A stretch of DNA of 62,195 nt, the filler included. It is 8 parts of 8 records of this genome, joined end to end, with 100 filler letters (N's around TTAATTAATTAA, not from the genome) between each part and the next. Parts side by side here need not be neighbours in the genome. Positions count along the whole stretch, not along the records: positions 46,325 to 52,791 come from SRR20825010_6847; positions 52,892 to 57,302 come from SRR20825010_6850; positions 57,403 to 62,195 come from SRR20825010_6856; 5 more parts are not named here. One strand, 5' to 3'. The notes beneath the pieces are model-generated. The model worked only from the letters and a program-made list of their open reading frames with translations. It was not told the DNA's origin and ran no database searches. The translations under genes were made by a program, and so were the position numbers. Shown here piece by piece: positions 51,219-62,194 of this stretch (position 1 is the stretch's first letter; each line of letters begins with the position of its first letter).

Positions 51219-52517
51219 TTAAGTGTTATCATTTCTTTTCAAAAACCATTTTTCCCCTGTAAATATGAGGACCATCAGTACTGCCGACACGACCACCACC
51301 AGTAGATCGCTCGATGCCTTTATATATAAAAAAGCTCCCAGAACGACAAGGTCCAGAAAAATGGCAGTTGCGATTATGTAGGTGTTTGCCTTTATATCTT
51401 TTTTCAAATTTTTTAGGATGCCCCAATGAATTCCGATATCCATAATCAGATAGAGGATCGCACCCAAGGAGGCGATCCGTGTGAGATCGAACAACACAGT
51501 CAACGTGATGGCCAATACAACGGTGTAGACCAACATATGCCTTTGGATACCACCCGACATGCCAAAATGGTTATGGGGAATAAGCTCCATATCGGTAAGC
51601 ATGGCCGTCATTCTAGAAACCGCAAAAACACTTGCTACGACCCCAGAAATTGTAGCCACAATAGCGATGCCTACCGTAAACCAAAGACCATACTTGCCAA
51701 AAGCCGGTTTTGACGCTTCTGCCAATGAGTAATCTTTGGCTTTTATAATTTCCTCTATGGAAAGATTAGATGATACCGCAAACGCGACCAATAGGTATAC
51801 CAAGGTGCAAATGGCCAATGAAATGATAATGGCCCTGCCTACGTTTTTATTCGGGTCTACAATTTCTCCCCCACTATTGGTTATTGTGGTAAACCCTTTG
51901 TACGCCAAAATCGATAAGGCCAAAGCCCCCAAATAACTTGCAATGGGGTACTCGCTTAAATCGCTGGATGGTAGTACCTCGCCAAACGAAAACCCAGCGG
52001 CCCAAAGTCCGCCAATGGCAAAAATGGAAATGCCGCCAATCTTCAAGATGGCCATGGCCAAGGATGATTTGCCAATAATATTGTTCCCTGAAATGTTGAT
52101 CAAAAAGGCTACGACCAATAGCAAAACACCCAAAATAGGAACCCAAATACTATCATCGCCCACATCGAACAATTGCAAGGTGTACGAACCAAATGTTCGT
52201 GCGACCAGACTTTCATTAATGACCATTGAGAAGGCCATCAATAATGCTCCGGAAGCGGTTAATGCACTCTTGCCATAAATCTTTTTCAGGTAATTGGCTA
52301 TTCCACCTGCGGATGGGTAGGCATTTGACATTTTTATATAAGAGTATGCACTAAATCCTGAGATAATGGCACCGACCAAAAATGCGATGGGAAACCATTG
52401 ACCGGACAGCTCGGCCACTTGGCCCAAAAGGGCAAAAATTCCCGCACCGATCATTACACCCGTACCAAGTGATACGGCTCCGGTCAAGCTCAGGCTATTT
52501 TTTCTGTATTGTGCCAT
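51219..52517 (-). CDS. APC family amino acid permease
   Basis: GTGVMIGAGIFAL, YPSAGG, ILAYKGFTT, about 12 TM helices. Confidence 0.92.
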   Translation of the reverse strand: MAQYRKNSLSLTGAVSLGTGVMIGAGIFALLGQVAELSGQWFPIAFLVGAIISGFSAYSYIKMSNAYPSAGGIANYLKKIYGKSALTASGALLMAFSMVINESLVARTFGSYTLQLFDVGDDSIWVPILGVLLLVVAFLINISGNNIIGKSSLAMAILKIGGISIFAIGGLWAAGFSFGEVLPSSDLSEYPIASYLGALALSILAYKGFTTITNSGGEIVDPNKNVGRAIIISLAICTLVYLLVAFAVSSNLSIEEIIKAKDYSLAEASKPAFGKYGLWFTVGIAIVATISGVVASVFAVSRMTAMLTDMELIPHNHFGMSGGIQRHMLVYTVVLAITLTVLFDLTRIASLGAILYLIMDIGIHWGILKNLKKDIKANTYIIATAIFLDLVVLGAFLYIKASSDLLVVVVSAVLMVLIFTGEKWFLKRNDNT

Positions 52518-52520
52518 TTC

Positions 52521-52790
52521 TTAAAATCTAACTAACAGACCGCCACCCCAGCCATAACGATTATTGTAATTTCCTTGTATGGAAAAGTTTCTGGAAACGA
52601 TGTACGCAAGCCCTACGAGCCATTGGGTTTCACTTTCAAAAGATTTATTGTTTTCCAAATTATTGACCCAACCAAAATCCGCTCTGTATTCATATTCTCC
52701 TTCTAAGAAAATTCTTGGAAAAATCAACAACTCTCTGTCCAGTCTTATTCTTGGGCGCAATTGATGGTCCATACTCACATCTACATTAAA
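52521..52790 (-). CDS. C-terminal beta-strand tail of a large protein, probably the Flavobacteriaceae multicopper oxidase-domain protein (5' partial)
   Basis: Frame open to the contig edge; amphipathic strands ending YNNRYGWGGGLLVRF; assignment from recalled family resemblance and the metal-island context. Confidence 0.55.
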   Translation of the reverse strand, partial: FNVDVSMDHQLRPRIRLDRELLIFPRIFLEGEYEYRADFGWVNNLENNKSFESETQWLVGLAYIVSRNFSIQGNYNNRYGWGGGLLVRF

Positions 52791-52791
52791 T

Positions 52792-52891
52792 NNNNNNNNN
52801 NNNNNNNNNNNNNNNNNNNNNNNNNNNNNNNNNNNTTAATTAATTAANNNNNNNNNNNNNNNNNNNNNNNNNNNNNNNNNNNNNNNNNNNN
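52792..52891. other. Artificial contig spacer
   Basis: N44-TTAATTAATTAA-N44. Confidence 0.99.
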
Positions 52892-52892
52892 G

Positions 52893-53777
52893 TTTGGTGC
52901 ACCCAAAACCACCGCGCGCATTGGTTGTGTGCAGTGGCAAATGCGTGAATTTCACAACGTAGAAGATGTGGTGAAGCAAGCTGAGTATTTCATCAACGCA
53001 CTCTCGGATTACCGCTGCGATGTGGCCTTGTTTCCTGAATTTTTCAATGCGCCTTTGATGGGCCTGGCGGGCAACGGCAATTCGCTTGAAGCTATTCGCC
53101 ACCTGGCCACCTACACCGATCAAATTCGCGACGAGATGAGTCGCATGGCCGTGAGTTACAACATCAATGTGGTGGCCGGTTCCATGCCGGTGATGGAAGA
53201 TGGTGTGTTGTACAACGTGGCCTACTTGTGCCGTCGTGATGGCACGGTGGAAGCACAATACAAGATTCACCCCACGCCGCACGAGAAGCGCGAGTGGATG
53301 ATGGAAGGTGGCACCAAACTGAGCGTGTTTGACACCGACTTCGGCAAAATTGGTGTCCTGATTTGTTACGACTCCGAATTCCCGGAGTTGTCGCGTTTGT
53401 TGGCAGACAAGGACATGCAAATTTTGCTGGTGCCGTTCTGGACCGACACCAAAAACGGTTATCTGCGTGTGCGCCGTTGTGCCCAGGCCCGTGCCATTGA
53501 AAACGAATGTTATGTGGCAATCTCGGGTAGTTTCGGCAATTTGCCCAAAGTAGACAATGTTGACATTCAGTACGGGCAAACCGCGGTGTTTTCACCTTCG
53601 GATTTCGCATTTCCACACGACGCGATCATGGCGGAAACCACACCCAACACAGAGATGACCCTGATTGTGGATGTGGATCTGGATAAACTGCGTATTCTTA
53701 AAAATGAAGGTTCTGTGCGCAACTACCTGGACCGCAGGCGCGACCTTTACAAGGTGGTGTGGCTAGGCGATGAGTGA
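52893..53777 (+). CDS. Carbon-nitrogen hydrolase (nitrilase superfamily), 5' partial; likely C-terminal half of a GNAT/C-N hydrolase fusion
   Basis: Catalytic E-K-C triad in LFPEFF, QYKIH, LICYDSEFPE; CAQARAIENECYV; frame open upstream. Confidence 0.9.
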   Translation, partial: FGAPKTTARIGCVQWQMREFHNVEDVVKQAEYFINALSDYRCDVALFPEFFNAPLMGLAGNGNSLEAIRHLATYTDQIRDEMSRMAVSYNINVVAGSMPVMEDGVLYNVAYLCRRDGTVEAQYKIHPTPHEKREWMMEGGTKLSVFDTDFGKIGVLICYDSEFPELSRLLADKDMQILLVPFWTDTKNGYLRVRRCAQARAIENECYVAISGSFGNLPKVDNVDIQYGQTAVFSPSDFAFPHDAIMAETTPNTEMTLIVDVDLDKLRILKNEGSVRNYLDRRRDLYKVVWLGDE

Positions 53778-55205
53778 CGCTTCAAACAAGGCCCCCAGCT
53801 TTGCAATGGCCACTGCGGTGTCGTCAGTCACCGGGTGGCCACAATTCAGGCGGATGCAGTTTTTGTACAGGCCGCTGGCAGAGAATACGCTGCCCGGCAT
53901 GTAAGCCACTTTGCGGGCAATGGCCTTGTTGAACAGGGCGGCAGTATCGATGTCGCCTGGCAGTTCAACCCACAGCACAAAACCACCTTTGGGTTCAGAA
54001 ATCCGGGTGCCTTGCGGAAAATATTTCAGCACCAAATTGCCCATGGCACGCACCTGTGTTTCAAACTGTTGGCGCAATGTGCGCAGGTGCCGCTCAAACG
54101 ATCCTTTTTCAAGGTAGTGCGCCACGGCCACCTGGGTAATCGGGTTGGTCGAGCCGCTGAGTATTCGTTTTTTCGACAACACCTGTGCGGCGTATTTGCC
54201 GCCGGCCACATAGCCAATTCGTAGCGATGGGCTCAGTGATTTGGAAAACGAGCCGCACATCAACACACGGTCGCTTTGCTTGCCAGCTTTCAATGGCCGT
54301 GGCCGAAACCGCTCGAAGTACAGGTCGGCGTACACATTGTCTTCCACAATCGGAAAGTCGTATTTCTCGGCCAACTCCAGCAGCTTTTTTCGATTGGTGT
54401 CAGGCATCACAGAACCCATCGGGTTGCTGGCGGTGGGGCACACAATACAGGCCGCAATGCGGGTTTGTTTCACTGCAATTTCCAGTGCTTCAAGCGACAT
54501 GCCGTGCTCGGGGCTACTGGGGATTTCAAGTGCGCGCAAGCCCAGCGATTCGATCATTTGCAACAGCAAGTAATAGCCGGGCGATTCGACCGCCACAATG
54601 TCGTTGTGTTTGGCCACGCTTTGCAGGGCCAGGCTAAGGGCTTCGGTGCAACCATCGGTGATTACCAATTCATCGCGTTTCAATTTCATGCCCATCAACT
54701 CAAACCGTTGTTGCAGTTGTTGTACCAGTTCAGGCTGGTTGGGTTCTACGTGGCTGCCCAGGGTAAGCAGGTCTGGGCGGGTGCGGTTGACTGTGGCATA
54801 GCTTCGGCGCAGTGTGGCAATCGGCAACAATTCATGGGCTGGAAAAGCCACGCCCAGTGGTGCCACACCCTCGCGGGTCGAGCTTCGAAGCAGCATGGCG
54901 ATTTGGTCGGCCACCTCCAGGTTGACCGCGGGTTCAAGCACAATTGAATCGGGTGCCTGCGTGCAAACTGCCCCATTGGGCACGTTGCGGGTTTGCACGT
55001 AATAGCCAGATTTCGCAACAGGTTGTACATAGCCCCGGTCTTCAAGCAGGTTCAATGCTTTTTGTACCGTGTCGATGGAGTAGTGCCATTGTTCCGAGAG
55101 CTTTCGAATCGAGGGCAGTTTGTACCCCGCTGCAAAGTGATTGTTTTCAATCAAGGCCTGCAGGTTTAAAGCCAATGTTTCGTACTTGCAAGAGGTATTG
55201 TCCAC
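53763..55205 (-). CDS. MocR/GabR family regulator (GntR wHTH + PLP aminotransferase domain)
   Basis: KLPSIRKLS...TVQKAL..LE..G wHTH; VEDNVY, SFSKSLSPSLRIG with the PLP lysine. Confidence 0.95.
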   Translation of the reverse strand: MDNTSCKYETLALNLQALIENNHFAAGYKLPSIRKLSEQWHYSIDTVQKALNLLEDRGYVQPVAKSGYYVQTRNVPNGAVCTQAPDSIVLEPAVNLEVADQIAMLLRSSTREGVAPLGVAFPAHELLPIATLRRSYATVNRTRPDLLTLGSHVEPNQPELVQQLQQRFELMGMKLKRDELVITDGCTEALSLALQSVAKHNDIVAVESPGYYLLLQMIESLGLRALEIPSSPEHGMSLEALEIAVKQTRIAACIVCPTASNPMGSVMPDTNRKKLLELAEKYDFPIVEDNVYADLYFERFRPRPLKAGKQSDRVLMCGSFSKSLSPSLRIGYVAGGKYAAQVLSKKRILSGSTNPITQVAVAHYLEKGSFERHLRTLRQQFETQVRAMGNLVLKYFPQGTRISEPKGGFVLWVELPGDIDTAALFNKAIARKVAYMPGSVFSASGLYKNCIRLNCGHPVTDDTAVAIAKLGALFEASLIA

Positions 55206-55208
55206 GGT

Positions 55209-56366
55209 TTAAACCTCGGTTTGCTTTTTCAGTTGCCACACCATGAACACACCCGCCACCATCAATGCGGCCGCCAGGTACAGCGAGCCACGGTAGGTGC
55301 CGGTGCGTTCTGCGATTAAACCGGCCAGCGCGGGGGCTGCAATTTGCGACACGCCATAACTTAATGTCATGCGGGCCATCGCCTTGCTGGGGTTGGCGGG
55401 AAACTGCCGGCCAGCAATGCTCAAAGTCAGGTTCACAATGCCAGCGAAGGTGCCGCCAAATAGCACGGCACTGACCATATTGGCCCAGTAACCGTCGATA
55501 AAACCAGCCATCAGGATGGAAATGATTTGCAGAACATAGGCCAGCACCAGCGCCTCAAACACACCGGTAATTCGGGCCACGCGGTCCCAGATGAAAGTAG
55601 AGGGTATGGCTGCCAGCCCAACCACCACCCACACCCAAGGGCCTTTGCCTTGAAGTTCAGGCAGGGTTTCTGCAATTGCCACAATGAAGGTGGCGCTGAT
55701 CACGTAGCCAAACCCTGCGCAAAAATAAGCGCCCAGCATCAACCGCATCCATTTTGTACTCGGTGGTGCTACGTCGGCCACTTGTGCCTCGGCACTGCCA
55801 GCCTTGGCGGGTTTGGGCATCCATATCCAGGCAGGCACGAAGAAAAGAATTCCCACCACACCCAGAACCCACCATTGTTGGTCCCAAGCCAGGTGGTCGA
55901 CCATGGCCATGACAGCAAGGCCAGACAACACCAAGCCCATGCCTGCGCCGGCAAAGTGCAAGCCAAGTTCGGTTTTCAGGTTTTGGCGTGCCAGCCAGTT
56001 CATGATCAAGCCCGACGCGATCAACATGCCAGCTGTGCTGGACACGCCTGAGATAAAGCGCAGAAACACCCACAGGTTCACATCGGTAGTCAGGCCCATG
56101 CCAATGGTGCTGAGCACCGCCACAATCAAGCCAAAGCGGTAGAGCAGGTATTTGTAATCCAGATTGCTGAGTGTCGAGGCCAGCAATGCGCCGCTGATGT
56201 AGCCAATGTAGTTGACCGTGGCCAGCCAGCCACCATCAAAGGCGCTCAGCCCTGCCTGGTCGCGCATGATGGGCAGCAGGGGCGTGTAGGAAAATCGTGC
56301 CAAACCCACGGTCAGGATCAGCGAACAAATGCCAGCGGCAATGACCTGCCAACGGTTCAGTTTCAT
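55209..56366 (-). CDS. YbfB/YjiJ family MFS transporter
   Basis: GLARFSYTPLLPIM, GWLATVNYIGYISGA, about 12 TM helices. Confidence 0.92.
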   Translation of the reverse strand: MKLNRWQVIAAGICSLILTVGLARFSYTPLLPIMRDQAGLSAFDGGWLATVNYIGYISGALLASTLSNLDYKYLLYRFGLIVAVLSTIGMGLTTDVNLWVFLRFISGVSSTAGMLIASGLIMNWLARQNLKTELGLHFAGAGMGLVLSGLAVMAMVDHLAWDQQWWVLGVVGILFFVPAWIWMPKPAKAGSAEAQVADVAPPSTKWMRLMLGAYFCAGFGYVISATFIVAIAETLPELQGKGPWVWVVVGLAAIPSTFIWDRVARITGVFEALVLAYVLQIISILMAGFIDGYWANMVSAVLFGGTFAGIVNLTLSIAGRQFPANPSKAMARMTLSYGVSQIAAPALAGLIAERTGTYRGSLYLAAALMVAGVFMVWQLKKQTEV

Positions 56367-56397
56367 GGGGTACCCGCACAGAAGTCAAATTTCAAAA

Positions 56398-56462
56398 GCA
56401 GTACAGATTTTTCTATGGTTAATCTGTACTGCACATTATTTCATTATCCTGAATCTGTACTG
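56398..56462. promoter_or_regulatory. Putative MocR operator in the divergent promoter
   Basis: Perfect 12-bp inverted repeat GCAGTACAGATT-N11-AATCTGTACTGC plus a direct repeat AATCTGTACTG 31 bp further on. Confidence 0.8.
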
Positions 56463-56520
56463 AAATTGCAAAAATTCTTACAGTGAGTGTTCCATTGTTA
56501 CTCCACGAAAGGAGTTCGCC

Positions 56521-57123
56521 ATGCAGCACTTTCAAGCCATTGCCCTGTTTGCATTTTTAAGCATCATCACCCCCGGGCCCAACAACCTGATGATCATGAC
56601 AAGCAGCATGAACTTCGGTGTGCGAAAAAGCCTGCCGCATTTCTTCGGCATTATTGTGGGCTTTCCGTTGATGCTGCTGGCCATGGGGCTGGGCTTGAAT
56701 GCGGTGTTTGAAAGCCTGCCCTGGTTTCACACAGCCCTGTTGGTGTTCAGCTTGTTGATGATGGTGTATTTGGCGTGGCGCATTGCCAGCTTTTCACCGT
56801 CTGCCGATGCATTAAAGCCCGGATCGAAGCCCTTGAGTTTTTTCAATGCAGTGTTGTTTCAATGGGTGAATCCCAAAGCGTGGTTCATGGCCACGGCTGC
56901 TGTCGCGCTTTTCCCGGCCAGCTCGAACACGCCTGTACTGGATGTATTGATGGTGGCCGTAATCATGGCCAGTGTGGGTTTGCTGTGTGTAGGTTTGTGG
57001 TTGGTGTTGGGTGCACGCCTGCGGGCTTTTATCAACAGCCCGCTGCGCTTGAAGTGGTTCAACGGAACCATGGCGGCAAGCCTGGTGCTGTTTTTTGCGT
57101 ACAGCACCATACAAGCCATGTAG
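56521..57123 (+). CDS. LysE/RhtB family amino acid exporter
   Basis: ITPGPNN, FQWVNPKAW; SD AAGGAG upstream. Confidence 0.93.
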   Translation: MQHFQAIALFAFLSIITPGPNNLMIMTSSMNFGVRKSLPHFFGIIVGFPLMLLAMGLGLNAVFESLPWFHTALLVFSLLMMVYLAWRIASFSPSADALKPGSKPLSFFNAVLFQWVNPKAWFMATAAVALFPASSNTPVLDVLMVAVIMASVGLLCVGLWLVLGARLRAFINSPLRLKWFNGTMAASLVLFFAYSTIQAM

Positions 57124-57127
57124 TGTT

Positions 57128-57301
57128 TCAGGGCAAAGACAAACGCCAGATGTTCCAGGTTGTGGTGCCAAACTGGCGTGTAAAGCTGCCCTTGTTGTAG
57201 GGCAGACCGTACCTGGCCGCCATTGCCTGTACCCGAGGTGACATTTCCGCATAGCGGTTGGCGGGAATGTCCGGGAACAGGTGGTGTTCAATCTGGTGGC
57301 T
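57128..57301 (-). CDS. Membrane fatty acid (acyl-CoA) desaturase, C-terminal 57 aa (5' partial)
   Basis: Hand translation SHQIEHHLFPDIPANRYAEM...YGLPYN...RLSLP*, containing the third His box QIEHHLFP. Not in the ORF track. Confidence 0.88.
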   Translation of the reverse strand, partial: SHQIEHHLFPDIPANRYAEMSPRVQAMAARYGLPYNKGSFTRQFGTTTWNIWRLSLP

Positions 57302-57302
57302 C

Positions 57303-57402
57303 NNNNNNNNNNNNNNNNNNNNNNNNNNNNNNNNNNNNNNNNNNNNTTAATTAATTAANNNNNNNNNNNNNNNNNNNNNNNNNNNNNNNNNNNNNNNNNN
57401 NN
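57303..57402. other. Artificial contig spacer
   Basis: N44-TTAATTAATTAA-N44. Confidence 0.99.
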
Positions 57403-58701
<1,299 letters not shown>

Positions 58702-58723
58702 TTAAGCGGAGGATGGCGGTTTT

Positions 58724-58818
58724 TCCCGTCCCTTCGCCGGCATGACCCGGATCAGGTTCTAAGGGTGGTGGAACCAGCATCAGGTCCATCTCAGCCAATT
58801 GCATCGGCCCCCCTCGGA
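58724..58818 (-). ncRNA. TPP riboswitch (THI element)
   Basis: Minus strand GGGG-GCC...GGCTGAGA...ACCCTTAGAACCTGATCCGGGTCATGCCGGCGAAGGGA, in the thiC leader. Confidence 0.96.
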
Positions 58819-59009
58819 TTTAGGAGGGCAGTGTGTACCTTTGGGGAGATGAGGTAAAGAGGTGGAAGAAACGATCCACGTCATTCCACGATATAATGGT
58901 GTCTTAGGGCGGCTTGACCAAGGGATCCAAGGACTGCACCACTTGCGGAACATCTTATAGGTCCCGTGATCAAGGCCCTGAACGACAATTTCGCTTTTTG
59001 AGGAACGCC

Positions 59010-60077
59010 ATGACATTTTCAAATCGCCTCACAGATTTACTCGGCATCGAGCTAGCCATCATTCAGGCCCCGATGGCGGGCGCTGCAACGCCAGAACTGG
59101 CAGCGGCGGTGAGCAATGCGGGCGGCATGGGTTCGCTCGGCGTGGCAATGATGAACGAGACGCAACTCAATGAGGCTGTGGCCACGCTGAAGTCGCAGAC
59201 GAACAAGCCGTTCAACCTCAATTATTTCGTGCATGACGAACCTGTGCTGGAGGGCTTTGACGCTGCTGCAATACAAACAGCGATGAAACCGCTTTATGAG
59301 AATATGGGATTGGGTGACGTGCCCGCGCCCAAATCGCCCGCGCCTGCCTTCAACGATGCTGCATTGAAACAATTGCTGGATCTCTCGCCCAAAGTCGCGA
59401 GCTTCCATTTCGGCCTGCCGACACCTGAAGCTGTGAGAGCGATCAAGGAGAAAGGCATCATCATTCTGGGATGCGCGACAACGGCGGCAGAGGCCCGCGC
59501 GCTGGAACATGGCGGTGCCGACGCCATTGTCGCGCAGGGCCATGAAGCAGGCGGGCATCGCGGCACATTTCTCGATCATGTTGACCTTGGCACGGTCGGC
59601 ACAATGGCGCTGGTGCCGCAAGTGGTGGACGCGGTGAAGGTGCCAGTGATCGCGGCAGGCGGCATTGGCGATGCACGCGGCATTGCGGCAGCCGCCATGC
59701 TGGGCGCGGATGGTGTGCAGCTCGGCACCGCCTATCTGATGTGCCCCGAAACACAGATGCACCCGCTGCACCGCAAGGCGCTCGCAGAAGTCTCAGACCA
59801 TGGCACGGTTGTGACCAAACTCTTCTCTGGTCGCCCCGCCCGCGCGATCCGCAACCGCTTCACCGAAGAACTGCATGCACTGGAAGAAAGTGCCGCCCCC
59901 TTCCCCGCCCAACGCGCGCTGGCTGCACCGCTGATTGCGGCCAGCGGCAAAGCAAACCGTGCTGAATTCATGCAGCTTTGGTCGGGACAGGCAGCTTCAT
60001 TGGCAAAACCCGAACCTGCCGCTGACAAGACGACACGGCTGATGCAGGAAGCAGGCGAGATCATCAAAAGCCGCTGA
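59010..60077 (+). CDS. Nitronate monooxygenase / 2-nitropropane dioxygenase family flavoprotein
   Basis: IIQAPMAG, AVSNAGGMGSLG, SFHFGLP, QGHEAGGHRG, IAAGGIGD, FSGRPAR, LWSGQ. Confidence 0.93.
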   Translation: MTFSNRLTDLLGIELAIIQAPMAGAATPELAAAVSNAGGMGSLGVAMMNETQLNEAVATLKSQTNKPFNLNYFVHDEPVLEGFDAAAIQTAMKPLYENMGLGDVPAPKSPAPAFNDAALKQLLDLSPKVASFHFGLPTPEAVRAIKEKGIIILGCATTAAEARALEHGGADAIVAQGHEAGGHRGTFLDHVDLGTVGTMALVPQVVDAVKVPVIAAGGIGDARGIAAAAMLGADGVQLGTAYLMCPETQMHPLHRKALAEVSDHGTVVTKLFSGRPARAIRNRFTEELHALEESAAPFPAQRALAAPLIAASGKANRAEFMQLWSGQAASLAKPEPAADKTTRLMQEAGEIIKSR

Positions 60078-60204
60078 AACGCTGCAATTCCCTGCGCAAA
60101 CCGGCCCGCAGATGCCGAAGCGGGTATTTCACGATAATCTCGTCCCGATGAGCCCGATTCGCCGCGAGCGGAAATGAGGCTCTGGCCAAAAGGGGAAAAA
60201 CGCC

Positions 60205-60636
60205 ATGACTGTAGAACTGAGCGCTATCGCATATAGCGGCATTTTGCTGCTTGTACTGATCATTATTTCTGCCGCCTCCAATGTTACGGCCATGGGCCAG
60301 GCATGGGGCGTGGGCAACCGCGAAGACCAGCCTTCCGGCGACGGCTTCAAGGGCCGCGCAAAACGCGCCTATATGAACCTGCTGGAACAGCTGCTGGTCT
60401 TTTCGGCCATTGCCATTCCGGCTCACCTCGCTGGCATCCATTCCAGCACAACGGTTCTGGCCGCCCAGCTATTTCTCGCCGGCCGCCTAGCTCATGCCAT
60501 CGTCTATCTGGCAGGCTGGACCTTCATCTCGATCCGCACAATCGTCTGGGCCGTCGCTCTTGTCGGCACAATCATGATGGCCTATGCGGTCGTGACATCA
60601 GGCACATTGCTGGTGGCTGTTCCCGCTGTCATGTAA
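60205..60636 (+). CDS. MAPEG family membrane protein
   Basis: GNR, RAKRAYMNLLE, GRLAHAIVY; four TM helices. Confidence 0.88.
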   Translation: MTVELSAIAYSGILLLVLIIISAASNVTAMGQAWGVGNREDQPSGDGFKGRAKRAYMNLLEQLLVFSAIAIPAHLAGIHSSTTVLAAQLFLAGRLAHAIVYLAGWTFISIRTIVWAVALVGTIMMAYAVVTSGTLLVAVPAVM

Positions 60637-60662
60637 GACAGTCGCTACAATCGAATAACGAC

Positions 60663-60697
60663 AAAACCCGCGACGGGCTGACCGTCGCGGGTTTTTT
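60663..60697. terminator. Bidirectional rho-independent terminator
   Basis: AAAACCCGCGACGG-GCTGA-CCGTCGCGGGTTTTTT between convergent genes. Confidence 0.9.
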
Positions 60698-60715
60698 GTT
60701 CTCTATTTAAAAAAA

Positions 60716-61603
60716 TCAGGCCGCGCTTTTATTGCTGCCTTCAAAGCCCTCATCAATGGCGGCAAGGATCGTTTCCGCATTGTCATCTTCCCAGACAATC
60801 TTGTGATTGGCGCGGCCCATCTGTGTGCCGACCGGCAGTTCATGTGTCTTGAAAAAGAGCGGACTCACGGCAGGCGCATCGGGCGAGATCATCTTGAACA
60901 GCATGGATGTGACCTGTGGCATCAGCGCGAGCATCCAAACGGGGCCGTTATTGATGGCAAGATTAAGCGAAGCGGAAGCAGCAAGCCGCGCACGATGGAT
61001 GAGATCGGTGGAGGCAAGCCGGTCGATCTCGAACCCCTCAAGCTCCGCGCCGTCGCTTTCGGCATCGGGCACAAAGACCACACGCTTGCCGCGCGCGCGC
61101 AAGGCCTGCGCGACCTTGAGCCATTCTTCTGTATTGCTATTGCGCGTCGGCCAATAAGTGCTCTGGCGCAATGTGATCGTGACGAGATCTGGATCGGGCG
61201 TCACGCCATCGATCACGAAAGGCAGAACATTCGCGCGGGCGGCCCGCACGATATGTACCGTGCCGTAATTGGACTTCGGCGTTTCGGCCTTGTAGCCCGC
61301 CGGAAATATAATGGTCTCGTGCGCCAACCGCGCCAGTGCCTCGTCGCGTGTCAGCTCCACCACATCCGAACAGGACGGCAGAAGACGACACATGGGTTTG
61401 ACCACATTATCCAGCATCTTGCGGCGCACAGCAGGATCGTGCGGTGGCAGATCATCCTGCCGGAACCCGCCATTCGGACCGCTAACAATCGCTATTGTGA
61501 AATTTTTGGCCCCTTTACGCAGGCGGTAACGCTCAGCGGCCACAAGAAAGCCGACAAAATCAAAGGTCGGCGGCGATAACGCGAGATCGTAAACAGCCAG
61601 CAT
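60716..61603 (-). CDS. Hypothetical protein, possible GT-B/GT9-like glycosyltransferase
   Basis: C-terminal pattern VTITLR...RNSN.EEW.KV...VVFV...LNLAINNGP resembles heptosyltransferase-like Rossmann domains. Confidence 0.55.
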   Translation of the reverse strand: MLAVYDLALSPPTFDFVGFLVAAERYRLRKGAKNFTIAIVSGPNGGFRQDDLPPHDPAVRRKMLDNVVKPMCRLLPSCSDVVELTRDEALARLAHETIIFPAGYKAETPKSNYGTVHIVRAARANVLPFVIDGVTPDPDLVTITLRQSTYWPTRNSNTEEWLKVAQALRARGKRVVFVPDAESDGAELEGFEIDRLASTDLIHRARLAASASLNLAINNGPVWMLALMPQVTSMLFKMISPDAPAVSPLFFKTHELPVGTQMGRANHKIVWEDDNAETILAAIDEGFEGSNKSAA

Positions 61604-61711
61604 AACAAGCGCCCATTTTGTCCGATGGAGATGGGGCGAGAGTGCAAAATTATAGTAAAGATCGGGTTAATTCTGGCTCGTAGAGCCGAAATGGGAGTTG
61701 GCCACGCTTAC

Positions 61712-61745
61712 AAAAATGCCGGACTGCGATGAACAGCCCGGCATT
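61712..61745 (-). terminator. Rho-independent terminator after purA
   Basis: Minus strand AATGCCGGGCTG-TTCATCG-CAGTCCGGCATTTTT. Confidence 0.75.
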
Positions 61746-61774
61746 ATAATTTTCAAAACGTCAGAGGAGACAGA

Positions 61775-62194
61775 TCAATCCTCGAACGGGTCCGTCATCA
61801 GGATCGTGTCTTCACGGTCGGGTGAAGTCGACAGAAGAGCCACAGGCGCTTCGATCAGCTCTTCCAGATAGCGCACATATTTGACGGCGGCAGCGGGAAG
61901 CTGCGCCCATGAGCGCGCGCCCTGTGTGCTATCGGACCAGCCTTCCAGCGTTTCATAGATGGGAGTCACTTTGCCCTGTGCATCCATGCCCGCAGGAAAA
62001 TAGTCGAGACGCTTGCCATCGACTTCATAGGCAACGCAGACCTTCAACTCATCAAAACCATCCAGCACATCAAGCTTTGTCAGCGCAATGCCTGTGATGC
62101 CACCGGTCTTGATTGCCTGACGTACCATGACAGCATCGAACCAACCGCAACGACGCTTGCGACCTGTGACCGTGCCGAATTCATGACCGCGCTC
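61775..62194 (-). CDS. purA: Adenylosuccinate synthetase (5' partial)
   Basis: [42 protein letters not shown]. Confidence 0.98.
   Translation of the reverse strand, partial: ERGHEFGTVTGRKRRCGWFDAVMVRQAIKTGGITGIALTKLDVLDGFDELKVCVAYEVDGKRLDYFPAGMDAQGKVTPIYETLEGWSDSTQGARSWAQLPAAAVKYVRYLEELIEAPVALLSTSPDREDTILMTDPFED

Noticed and set aside
4099-57402. Recurrent TTAATTAATTAA palindrome as a biological repeat or CRISPR-like element
   Set aside because: It is always centred in 44+44 Ns, so it is a synthetic six-frame stop linker. ORF-track ends in X-runs or LIN are artefacts.
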